Below, one piece after another: positions 54,794-64,000 of a stretch of DNA of 64,000 nt (positions within the stretch are counted from its first letter, which is position 1; the number at the start of each line of letters is the position of its first letter). The translations under genes were made by a program, and so were the position numbers. Under the pieces are notes generated by a model, which made no database searches, was not told the origin of the DNA, and was given only the letters and a program-made list of their open reading frames with translations. Source of the stretch: Tetramitus jugosus (taxonomy: Eukaryota; Protista; Heterolobosea); the NCBI GenBank assembly GCA_937625935.1, contig OW569376.1:62001-126000 (forward strand), given 5' to 3'.

Positions 54794-57337
54794 TTAGTCC
54801 CAGTCATCGTCATCTTCGCTGTCGAATAGATCATCATCATCGTCATCCTTTGGCATTCTCTCCAATTTGGCAATCTTCTTTGAGATCATATCCAGCAGGA
54901 CGTTGCTCTGGAGACTCTGACGCCTGAGAGGGAAGTCCTCCAGATCGAAAATTGTCTTGTTCATCTCTTCCTCGGCAGCTTGCGCTTCCAAATGTTTGCG
55001 TCTTGCTACTAGTTGCTCGTGCAGTTTTGAGGCAATTGGAGATGAATTCGTTAGATGGTCAGATGTAGACTTGTCCTCAGCCTTTTTCAGCTTTGCGAAT
55101 GCAATCTCTGACAGCAGATTGTTCATTGCTTGCTTTTGTTGCGTTGGATCCTCCTCGATGATCAATGGTACATTTTGAATCCTGGTCGACAAACGCTTCA
55201 TCATGATTCTGTTCATGTCACTATTCGCTGCCTTCTCACTTGAATGTTCCTTCTCAATCTGGTCCAACTCTTGTTCAATCTCTGATATTCTTTGCACTTC
55301 CTGTTGACACACTCTGTCTTGGAGAGCCTTGAGCATTTGCAACTCTTCAACCTTGATCTGCTTCTTTAGTTCCCTTAGCCTTCTTCTCTCCTCCTTTTTC
55401 ATCTCTTGATCCAAATTCTTTCGCTTCAGTTCCTGCATCTCCATGTACTCTCTCTTTTGGGACAATTCTTCCTCCAATGACTTGATGTCTCTCTTGAGCT
55501 GCTTCTTCTTGTACTCTTCATCGGCCTTTAGCTTGAGGTCAATGTTCTTCAGACGTGCTGCTTGCTCCGATAGCAATTGGTCTTCAAGATACCTTCTCAG
55601 TTCCTCTTCTTCGTTACGCATCTGCTTCTCGAATGTAGTCTTCTTGGCACTGAGTTCACTTTCGACTCTTCGTCTCTCTGCTTCTGCCTCTCTCATTTGC
55701 TGTTCCTTCTTTTGTTTAATGTCCATCATGGCTGACACTCTAGCCTGCTCTTGTTCCATTTCTCGCTTCTGCGTGGACAATAGTAGCTCCTGTTTTCTCT
55801 GCTTCTCCTCCTTGCTCATTTGCTTCTCCAGTTGCTTCAACCTCTCTTTTTCCTCCTGAGCCAGCTTCTCTTCTAGTTGTTGCTTCCGCTCTGCCTCCTT
55901 CTTCTTCAACAACTTTTTTTGCATTACAAAATTCTTTTCCTCCATCTCCAACTCTTCCTTTAGCTGTGTTAGCTTTGATTTTCTGTTCAGTTCGATTCTT
56001 GATGCAATTTCAGCTGCTCTCTCCTCTGCAATCCTCTCCAACTCTTGTCTGTACCTTCTCTGGACCATACTACTCCTGGAAGCAAGTGCATCTGCTGATC
56101 CACCACTGCTATTGTTGAAGGAGACATTGTTGGCTGAGATTGGGAATCCACTTCCATCTTCAAACACATACTCCAGACAGAGGAACACTCTGCCAACAAC
56201 AATGGTTTCATTGAGAGATGACTGAGTCGATTGTTCCTCGTCTTCAGAGATGACAAACGAGATACTCTTTCCTTGTGCACCATCACCATTGTTGTTGGCA
56301 GATTCAGCAGCAGCAGCATTCTTTCTCATCTTAATCTTGAACCAGCCTTCCGTCTTGAGAGCGTCATTGTTGTGGTTGACCTTTGGTGGATCGACCAAGG
56401 TGACTCTGGTGAGCGCTTTCACACTCTTTGATTTCACAAGCTTTCGTTTCAACACTTTGCTCTCTTCCTCGTCCTCTCCCGCGGTTTTTGTCGTCGGAGA
56501 ATTGGCATCATTGTATTTTACAGTCACGACATCTTCGAGTTCGTCAACGTTGAGAAACACGTAGAGATCAATGGGGAATTTAGGGCAGTCAAACACAAAC
56601 TGCTCATTGAAAATGGGAGCATCCGTCTTGTATTTCTTCATGGTTGAAAAGCTCTGGAATGACGTATTGAGTGCAAAAAAGCTCTCATACGTCTTCATAA
56701 TCATCTTTTGATGATTTGTCTTTTGATTGCTACTAGCACTACTCTCAATTGGAAACAATACATTCATGTCGAGTTGTGCCTCCACGACAGACACTTGTAA
56801 CTTTGTATACACAGTGTCCAATTTCAATAAAGCTTTTGTGGCGGAGCTACGACTATTGTTGTTGTTGTTGTCTCCACTCGTATCGTGATGACTACTATTG
56901 TTATTACTATTGTTGTTCGCTGATGCTGATGCTGCCGAGGTTGAATAATTGTTCAAGAGCTTAATGGCACCACAAGCTCCAATAATCGCCTCCATCCAAT
57001 CTTCTCTCTCCTGTTCCGTATGAGTGGAAAAGTTGTGCGACGAGCAGGGTGTAATCAACAAAAATTTAAATTTTCGATCCTTCTTGTTCGTTTTGGCCTT
57101 CATGTGCTTGGGTTGGAGTCGAACATTGTCTAGTGCGATACTGCCGAGTGGTTGTGAGTCCAATGGTCCCTTAAAATAATAGAGACATGTTTTTGTGAGA
57201 ATGAACCATCGACTCTTCCATCCCTTCATCTTGTACATGAACGAACTGGTTTTGTGATTGGTTTTGAGCGGTCTTTTGAGCAAGTAGCCCTGTTTGACCG
57301 CAGTGTTCTTAATGTTTGTCAGAACAGATGACTCCAT
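54794..57337 (-). CDS. PH + C2-like + long coiled coil + C-terminal WH2-central-acidic (WCA) protein
   Basis: PH (VKQGYLLKR..WKSRWFILTKTCLYYFK..EREDWMEAI); C2-like (LQVSVVEAQ..PIFNEQFVF..VGRVFLCLEY); E/K/Q-rich coil; LLSEIAFAKLKKAE; terminal DDDDDDLFDSEDDDDWD. Confidence 0.85.
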   Translation of the reverse strand: MESSVLTNIKNTAVKQGYLLKRPLKTNHKTSSFMYKMKGWKSRWFILTKTCLYYFKGPLDSQPLGSIALDNVRLQPKHMKAKTNKKDRKFKFLLITPCSSHNFSTHTEQEREDWMEAIIGACGAIKLLNNYSTSAASASANNNSNNNSSHHDTSGDNNNNNSRSSATKALLKLDTVYTKLQVSVVEAQLDMNVLFPIESSASSNQKTNHQKMIMKTYESFFALNTSFQSFSTMKKYKTDAPIFNEQFVFDCPKFPIDLYVFLNVDELEDVVTVKYNDANSPTTKTAGEDEEESKVLKRKLVKSKSVKALTRVTLVDPPKVNHNNDALKTEGWFKIKMRKNAAAAESANNNGDGAQGKSISFVISEDEEQSTQSSLNETIVVGRVFLCLEYVFEDGSGFPISANNVSFNNSSGGSADALASRSSMVQRRYRQELERIAEERAAEIASRIELNRKSKLTQLKEELEMEEKNFVMQKKLLKKKEAERKQQLEEKLAQEEKERLKQLEKQMSKEEKQRKQELLLSTQKREMEQEQARVSAMMDIKQKKEQQMREAEAERRRVESELSAKKTTFEKQMRNEEEELRRYLEDQLLSEQAARLKNIDLKLKADEEYKKKQLKRDIKSLEEELSQKREYMEMQELKRKNLDQEMKKEERRRLRELKKQIKVEELQMLKALQDRVCQQEVQRISEIEQELDQIEKEHSSEKAANSDMNRIMMKRLSTRIQNVPLIIEEDPTQQKQAMNNLLSEIAFAKLKKAEDKSTSDHLTNSSPIASKLHEQLVARRKHLEAQAAEEEMNKTIFDLEDFPLRRQSLQSNVLLDMISKKIAKLERMPKDDDDDDLFDSEDDDDWD

Positions 57338-57887
57338 TTGTTGCTGTTGTTGTTGTTGTTGTTGGGACAGTTGGATTTTGTTTTGAACAGTGTGACTTGG
57401 TTGTTGGGTGTGGTTTAACAGTTGCGTGACAAAAAACGAAAGGATTCGACCGATGGGAGACGAGTGAACAGATGACAGATGACAGATCGCCATTATTTCC
57501 GACAAAAGAAAAGCGCGTTTTGGAAATCACAAGAGAGGTAGTCCACCACAAAGAGGCAATTCATGATGGAAACTAACCACTTCTACAACAAGATTCCAAC
57601 TCACTGCATTCTTTTGGCAAAGGGTCCGCTATGATTTTGTCCGGTTCAGGTCCAACTGTTGTGAAGATTAATCCAATAGAATCTAATGGCGTCGAACAAC
57701 GTCACAACGAAGTGAAGAACTATCCCGTCTGATCACGTTATTTACTATTGGAGAGATATGACCAATCAGCACATCGATGTGGATATTGACTATGTTGGAT
57801 GACGAGATAGTTTATGCATCTTAGGTTATCATTTATTGATGATGGATAGTCACTTTCTCTCAACAGGCCGTTCCATAAACCCTCACA

Positions 57888-59117
57888 TTACCGATCAGTC
57901 AGTCCGTTGTCTTTGATGTAATCGAGATGATTGACATAACTGGTTTCGTTCCGGAGACCCATCAGAGCAGATATTGATGTTGTTGTGTTCATGAAATCTG
58001 TATGATATCTCTCTCGCAGAGCAGCAATGCTTCCTGACACTGATGAATATCGATTGCCTACAAAGTATTTGGCCAACACACCTGCTGACATCTCCAATAC
58101 AACTCTCATGTTATCATCCATGGACTCTTCTTTCGCAATCACTGATACCTCTTTAATAATTTCACTCACTGCGATCCATTTGTTGCGAGATAACAATTCT
58201 TGAGGAGGTTTCCCATTTGTCATCACAATCACGTTCTTGACTTTGAACTTCTTTTGAAATTGAAGTAATAGAGCTTCCATGTCTGGTAATGGAACGTAAC
58301 AATCACTGTGTAACAAGTTTAAGTACTTACAATGATTCTCATAATCACCCAGCCGAACATGAACTAACATCGACTCTTGAAAGTTCAACTTGCGATGAGC
58401 AAATGCAGCGTTCACAAGCCGATAGACATGCTCAGAGAAATCAAAAGAAGACTTTGTTCCCAAGTAAAACAAGCCTGAAATGAATAACACATATGGATTA
58501 CTGACATTTCTGTTGACACAAGATACTAATCGACTCACTTGCTCAGATCCAGGCATTCCTCTCCCTCCGCCACACTCATTGATCGGATCAGAATAGTTCC
58601 ACACAGGATGAGATTCTGTTACCATCTCAAACGGTACACCTTCATTCACTTTGTACAGTCGTTGAAAGTCGATACTAGTTTTGCACTTGAGATTCTTGAT
58701 TATACGGTGTTCAGTGTAATTGTACCTGAATGATTGAGTGTTGGTATGCTCATTCTGCACACAAGGATGGACCAAAAGAGTTCTATTCACAAGTTTGGCA
58801 ATCACTCCAGCATTGCCCATGTCCAAAATATAGTTATTGAGACCTCTCAGACCCAGAACGATAATATATTTGGTGTTGTTTGCCCTAGAGGGTGGTAGTT
58901 GTTGTGGGTCAGATTCAATGAATGCAGAAGTAGTTGATAAAGGGTGTTGTACTTCCTTCTGCTTCTTATCGGACAAAGATTGTTGCAACAAGCTATAGTC
59001 GAAAATAAAACCAAGGAGTAGCAATCCCAGGATAAACAGACATAGCGACAAGCAAGATCTGATTGTTCTCTTCTCAAGAGATAATAATGAAAGGAATCTG
59101 TGTCTCATACAGTTCAT
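57888..59117 (-). CDS. O-fucosyltransferase-like (GT-B) type II membrane glycosyltransferase
   Basis: TM anchor; GLNNYI..AKLVNRTLLV, VHVRLGDY, VIVMTN, AKYFVGNRYSSVSGSIAALR. Confidence 0.75.
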   Translation of the reverse strand: MNCMRHRFLSLLSLEKRTIRSCLSLCLFILGLLLLGFIFDYSLLQQSLSDKKQKEVQHPLSTTSAFIESDPQQLPPSRANNTKYIIVLGLRGLNNYILDMGNAGVIAKLVNRTLLVHPCVQNEHTNTQSFRYNYTEHRIIKNLKCKTSIDFQRLYKVNEGVPFEMVTESHPVWNYSDPINECGGGRGMPGSEQVSRLVSCVNRNVSNPYVLFISGLFYLGTKSSFDFSEHVYRLVNAAFAHRKLNFQESMLVHVRLGDYENHCKYLNLLHSDCYVPLPDMEALLLQFQKKFKVKNVIVMTNGKPPQELLSRNKWIAVSEIIKEVSVIAKEESMDDNMRVVLEMSAGVLAKYFVGNRYSSVSGSIAALRERYHTDFMNTTTSISALMGLRNETSYVNHLDYIKDNGLTDR

Positions 59118-60757
59118 TTTCTTTTCGTTTGGTATGCTCACGATGTTTCCTCCGGATATCAAGTATGTCGTAAAGAGGAGGAGAAATTCCAAGTTTGTTT
59201 TCTTCAACGCTCGCTGTTTTCCCTTTCCTGGATATCATCTGCCGACGAAGTGCACATTTGGTCATCTCGTTTTGTATAAAAACAAGTGTACTAAGTCCTT
59301 CTCCACTGTTCAATATTTATCCATGTCTGAAGTCATGCACCAATCTTTCACTCGACGCTTCAATTGAAAGTTCGCCATATGTTTTTTTGCACGGTCATAC
59401 TATTCTCTTCTTCCTTAAACTAGAGATCGAATCATGATCGTGCCAAGCAAACATCTCATTTAACTTAAAATTCAAGTTGATTACATCATTGTCAACCATG
59501 ACAGCTGACGTTGTCCAGTCCTGACAATAACAAGACATTTTAAACCACTCATTGAATGTTCTGAAACTTACCATCATTGTGAAGGCATCGCATGACTATC
59601 ATCGATAACAACAGTTCCCAACACTTTGTCCTCTTACACGAATCCCACAATTAAAGCAACCTGAATCGTTTCTGAACCTGGAATGTTCCGTATTTTCTGC
59701 ACAATCGTCCGTAGTGGAAATGGGAAGGTCAGGAGGTGGATCCTCCTCTGACGGGGATAATTGACTATAAAGTTGCACTGACACAAGTTGGTTGTGCCTC
59801 TGTGGTAGCGTACACAGGACCTAAAACACGTTGTAAACACAATGCAATTTCTTCATCACCAAGAAGCTGTTGACACAAAACCAATTCAAAGAATGAATGG
59901 TGAGACAAAGGAGTTGTAGTTCATACCGCAGACTCACAAAGGAGTGTAATCAACCTTTTGTGATGGAATGTCCTTCCAATGCGAAGAGGGAAATTAGGGC
60001 TTGAACGAAGAAAATCAACGCATTAACTCCTGGAGTATCACTCATTTTTGGGTCAGACGATTGTCATAGGTATCCTAAACCCTAAAGTGTTTGTTCTTAA
60101 ACAACATTGGTCAGAACAATCAATGGAAAGAAGAGTAGATTTTGCAGTATTGGCTTTTGGCTTCCTCTTTTGTCTTCATCAATTCATCCATACCACAGTA
60201 ATTGAGTTCTCGAGATTTATCTCCAAACGGTTTGAAAAGTGATCTCTAGTGAGAGATGAGGTGAACAAAGACTCGATAGGTTGGAATGGTTGAAAATGAA
60301 AAAGAACCCCTTAATTCCTCCGTAACAAAAAGATGTTGTAATTCAAAACGAGTTTGGAGACAACTACACAAAATTGATTAGTTGAAAGCATAGTGAAGAT
60401 TGTCGCATCCATGAATTCTATATTTTTGATTTTTGGATGATTGGGGTTGGTAGAAAGTGTCTATTCAATCATCCAACTTGACCGATGAAATGGGCTTTGA
60501 AGCTTCGAAAATCCCAACTAACGTAAAAATCGGTTCATGCTGTATGACTCGGTTACCCGATCGCGGAGTCAGGAATACCTATTTCGGGCATCTATCAGTC
60601 ATACAACATGAACCGATTTTGCACCTTCCATTAGCCAGATAGCAGTTTGTGTGGCCTCCAACATGGGATACGTGGCCCAGGGTTTGTCCTCAAGCACCTT
60701 CGTAAGAGAGCAAGTTTATGGATGGAATTGAGCAAGTCTCAAAGCAAAACACAAGCA

Positions 60758-63700
60758 ATGCTCACCAACGGACAGATCTTGTTGTCCCTTCTTTTTTGTA
60801 CCAATGGATTCGTATGGGCTTCGTTAGAAGCTTTTTACCTCGTCCAGAAGAATCTCTCTTTTAGTTCAAACTCCATCCACAACAACAGCAAAAAGAAGGG
60901 TTCTTATTCTTTGATTCAAAACAACGAACCAATCATTGGTTCTGTCGATGCTGATGATGAACAAGAGTTGATTGAGAGTAAGGAAATCAACAGAGAAACA
61001 AATGAAGTTTATGAGTTAGTTGCCCTCACTGCTTCTCCTAATCCTGAGGAGATAACAACCTCTCTTAACCAAAATCACGCTGTCCAAGAGAATAAGATTA
61101 AGACGAAACGAACCTTTGTTGAACAATTACTATTCATCACAAGAAGATTAACTGCTTTGGGTGCTTTGCTATTGGTGGTGTGGTTTGCTGAGAATAAGCC
61201 CATTTTTGATCATGCCATCAAGGAGTATCACAGATCCAACTTTGTCATTCTGATTGTTGCATTCTTTGTGCTGGGTTTGGTGACCATTGTCAAGATTAAG
61301 GATGGTGAGGAAGCAGAGAGGAAAGAAGAACTGGAATGCAACTTGTTGCTCAACAGAGATCAAACAGAAGAGTGGAAAGGATGGATGCAGTATATTTTCA
61401 TCATTTATCACTATACGAAAGCAGAGGAAGCCTATGATTTTGTTCGTGTTCTGGTGTCGTGTTATGTGTGGATGACTGGATTTGGAAACTTTTCATTCTT
61501 TTATATGAAAAAGGATTACTCGATTGCAAGAGTGTGGAGACTCATGTGGAGACTGAATTTCTCTGCTCTCTTTCTCTGTTTGACAGTCAATAATTCGCCC
61601 ATGCTGTATTACATTGTTCCATTGCACACAGTCTACTTTTTAGTTGTTTATGCGACAATGGTTGTTCAGCACAAGTACAATAGAACCAAGTGGTTCCCTC
61701 GGTTGAAGATTTTCCTGTTGGCTCTCATCATTTTCGTCATATGGGATGTCCCCGGTGTTATGAAGAACATGTTGACTTTGTTTGGTTTGATACCTCTCAG
61801 CAGAGATGCACACGAGTTTTATTTTCGAACATATCTGGATCACTACTCTGCACTGTTTGGAATGGTTTTTGCACTCAACTTTCCAATGATGGTCAATTGG
61901 TTCCAGAAGACAGAACAGCAACCAGTACAAAAAGTATACAAGAGAGTGATTTTGGGTTCAGTTTTTACTCTATTTCTTGCATGGGCATGGTATATTATGC
62001 ATCTACCGAAAGACAAGTTGGTTTACAACTCTTTGCATCCATATTTTACTTGCATTCCCATCATTGCCTACATTCTAATCAGAAACTATAGCGCATTACT
62101 CAGGAATCGATACAGCGCAGCATTCCGTCACTTTGGAAAGATGACACTGGAGACATACTTGTTGCAACATCATCTGTTTTTGGCAGCGAATGCCAAGAAG
62201 TTGTTCGTTCTAATACCTGGACATCCAGTATTGAATATGTTAGTGGTATCGGTATTGTTTATCTTTTGCTCCAAGTTGTTATTCAACTTAACCATGGACT
62301 TGAGGGATGCATTTGCTTCGGAGGAGCACACTGATCAACAGATTTGGACAAGATTCAAGGTGATTGTCTTCGTCTTCTCTTCTCTGTATTTAGTTACAAA
62401 AATGTTATCACTGATTGACGTCACAATGAGTGCTCCTCTGATGGGATCATTGGTACTCACTTGTTCCATTGTGCTAGCTTTGGTACTACTCTTCATCTTT
62501 CTGATAGGGAAGAAACATGAGCATTGGATATCGTCTTACGACCGAATTTTCAACATTTCACTGATTTGTTTGGTGATTGTCTCATCGGCCTTCATTGCAC
62601 ACTCTCTCTTCAGATGTCTGTTCCAACTGGATGAAAAAGGAAGTAAGAAGGTCGGCTATGTTGGAGGGAGTATGCTCTGGGGAGTGTTTTCAGTTTGTTT
62701 CTCACTCGGATCAATACTATTGTTCGACAATTATTCTGGATTGTTGAACATGAGTTTGTGTTTGTGGTCCAGAGGTGTGAAACAAGTCAAGTTTAGAGAA
62801 GCGTATTCTAAATTTATTGCCAAAGACCCAACACAACACATCCAGGACTCTAATAGGGTGTTGAAAATGGTAAAGTTAGTTGTGGGTGTCTCATGTACTC
62901 TCGCATCATTGGTAATTTTTGGATATGCATTGCATAGTATGCAGCTTCAATCTATTGTCTCTGTTGAAAGATCATCCGAACCTGTTGCTCTTCCCTTGAC
63001 TGAGGACATTATCGCTGACAAGTGCTCATCACTTCCTCCTCGACCTCTCTCCCTCTATCACGCAAATATTGATTGGACAAGTGGAGTTGATTCTGGATCG
63101 AATGTTACATTGTGTATCAAAGGTGGTGCAACCTTCTTGGATAAGCTAAAGCCTTCTGAAACGGTAACAGTGTTGTATGGGAGGGCAAGATCTGACATTG
63201 CTGATATTGGTTTTCTCTTTACACCTTGTGGAACAGATTGTTTTTGTGCAGAATTTCAAGTGTTTGAAGCAGGTCAGTACATTCTTGATGTTGGAGTCGC
63301 TCAACAATCGAGTTCTGCAAAATTTTCACGATACATTAATGTGAATCAATCGAGTGTTGTTATCACAGGGAAACAATTCACAGTGGTTCAATCTGATTCA
63401 GAAATCATGAGAACAATGCACAAGAGACCTCTCTTTCCCAATATCCTTCAAGCTCCTTCTAATGAGACGTATGTGCTTGATGGACGTTATGTGAACCAAA
63501 AGTATGCGCTTGATTCATACGCTCAACAAGAGCAACTATCCGATTTGAATTCAGTGATGCAACAGACTACTTTCAGAAATTGGTCAAATGGATTCGTTGA
63601 TAGAAACCAAGTATTCATCCATAACAAATACTTACTGAGGATGTACTCCCTGAGCGAAGCAAGGAAATGTTTGGCGAAGCATTGGGATCACATCTTATGG

Positions 63701-64000
63701 TTCGGAGATTCCAACTCAAGACGACTCATGACTTTGTTACTCCATGGTGAAAAGAATCCTTGCAAGGACAGAAGTGCATCATGTTGGATTGTTGGGGGAC
63801 GTTACAAGGATATCTTTGGGTTTCATGTTGAAAGAAAGGTCTGGGTTGGTCTCAATGAACAGACCTCAGATCCAGAACCTGTCTTTAAATCATTCTATTC
63901 ACGAAAGGAAGAAGGAGCTTTGATTCGATTCATGTTCATCAATGGATTGAATTCTGTTGAGAATGGAAGTGATGCATTCACAACTCTCGATAGATGGAAA
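60758..64000 (+). CDS. Cas1p/RWA O-acetyltransferase-SGNH fusion, copy 2 (3'-truncated by the window; missing from the ORF track)
   Basis: ATG 60758 (MLTNGQILLSLLFCTNG). 3243 nt (1081 codons) to the window end, finishing in frame at ..TTLDRWK; near-identical to the reverse complement of copy 1. Confidence 0.9.
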   Translation, partial: MLTNGQILLSLLFCTNGFVWASLEAFYLVQKNLSFSSNSIHNNSKKKGSYSLIQNNEPIIGSVDADDEQELIESKEINRETNEVYELVALTASPNPEEITTSLNQNHAVQENKIKTKRTFVEQLLFITRRLTALGALLLVVWFAENKPIFDHAIKEYHRSNFVILIVAFFVLGLVTIVKIKDGEEAERKEELECNLLLNRDQTEEWKGWMQYIFIIYHYTKAEEAYDFVRVLVSCYVWMTGFGNFSFFYMKKDYSIARVWRLMWRLNFSALFLCLTVNNSPMLYYIVPLHTVYFLVVYATMVVQHKYNRTKWFPRLKIFLLALIIFVIWDVPGVMKNMLTLFGLIPLSRDAHEFYFRTYLDHYSALFGMVFALNFPMMVNWFQKTEQQPVQKVYKRVILGSVFTLFLAWAWYIMHLPKDKLVYNSLHPYFTCIPIIAYILIRNYSALLRNRYSAAFRHFGKMTLETYLLQHHLFLAANAKKLFVLIPGHPVLNMLVVSVLFIFCSKLLFNLTMDLRDAFASEEHTDQQIWTRFKVIVFVFSSLYLVTKMLSLIDVTMSAPLMGSLVLTCSIVLALVLLFIFLIGKKHEHWISSYDRIFNISLICLVIVSSAFIAHSLFRCLFQLDEKGSKKVGYVGGSMLWGVFSVCFSLGSILLFDNYSGLLNMSLCLWSRGVKQVKFREAYSKFIAKDPTQHIQDSNRVLKMVKLVVGVSCTLASLVIFGYALHSMQLQSIVSVERSSEPVALPLTEDIIADKCSSLPPRPLSLYHANIDWTSGVDSGSNVTLCIKGGATFLDKLKPSETVTVLYGRARSDIADIGFLFTPCGTDCFCAEFQVFEAGQYILDVGVAQQSSSAKFSRYINVNQSSVVITGKQFTVVQSDSEIMRTMHKRPLFPNILQAPSNETYVLDGRYVNQKYALDSYAQQEQLSDLNSVMQQTTFRNWSNGFVDRNQVFIHNKYLLRMYSLSEARKCLAKHWDHILWFGDSNSRRLMTLLLHGEKNPCKDRSASCWIVGGRYKDIFGFHVERKVWVGLNEQTSDPEPVFKSFYSRKEEGALIRFMFINGLNSVENGSDAFTTLDRWK

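Noticed and set aside
59118-59840. Collinear short minus-strand ORFs suggesting a glycosyltransferase pseudogene
   Set aside because: Only a weak VDND-like motif and several stops; no family can be supported.

Overview
Gene-dense, AT-rich eukaryotic (protist) nuclear DNA in the standard genetic code. It has about 30 protein genes, intergenic gaps often under 300 bp, and a few short GT-AG introns (57-193 nt) that I resolved by hand by restoring reading frames and motifs. Gene density, sparse short introns, CAA/CAT-rich leaders and a Venus-flytrap receptor adenylate cyclase suggest a discoban, probably heterolobosean, amoeboflagellate; this is inference only. Recognisable genes: cytoplasmic dynein heavy chain (3' part), BAR-SH3-SH3, EF-hand, metallophosphoesterase, RNF5-like E3, GT31, SNG1-like, CD2BP2, receptor adenylate cyclase, RsmH, Ras, kelch, RPF2, CBS, two MAPKs, bL9m, family III CoA-transferase, ALG12, PSD and an O-fucosyltransferase-like gene. 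Main candidates for novelty: (1) a PH-C2-coiled-coil protein ending in a WH2-central-acidic(W) tail, a candidate new class of Arp2/3 nucleation-promoting factor; (2) ALG12 fused to a p23/CS domain, a TM helix and a KKxx signal; (3) two near-identical inverted copies of a Cas1p/RWA O-acetyltransferase with its SGNH domain at the C-terminus (reverse of CASD1), differing in a patch next to the active site; (4) a globin-less androglobin, a SANTA-less M18BP1/KNL2-like protein and a catalytically degenerate Has1-like DEAD-box protein. I recognised no tRNA, rRNA, CRISPR or transposon. All family calls rest on remembered motifs, not database searches.
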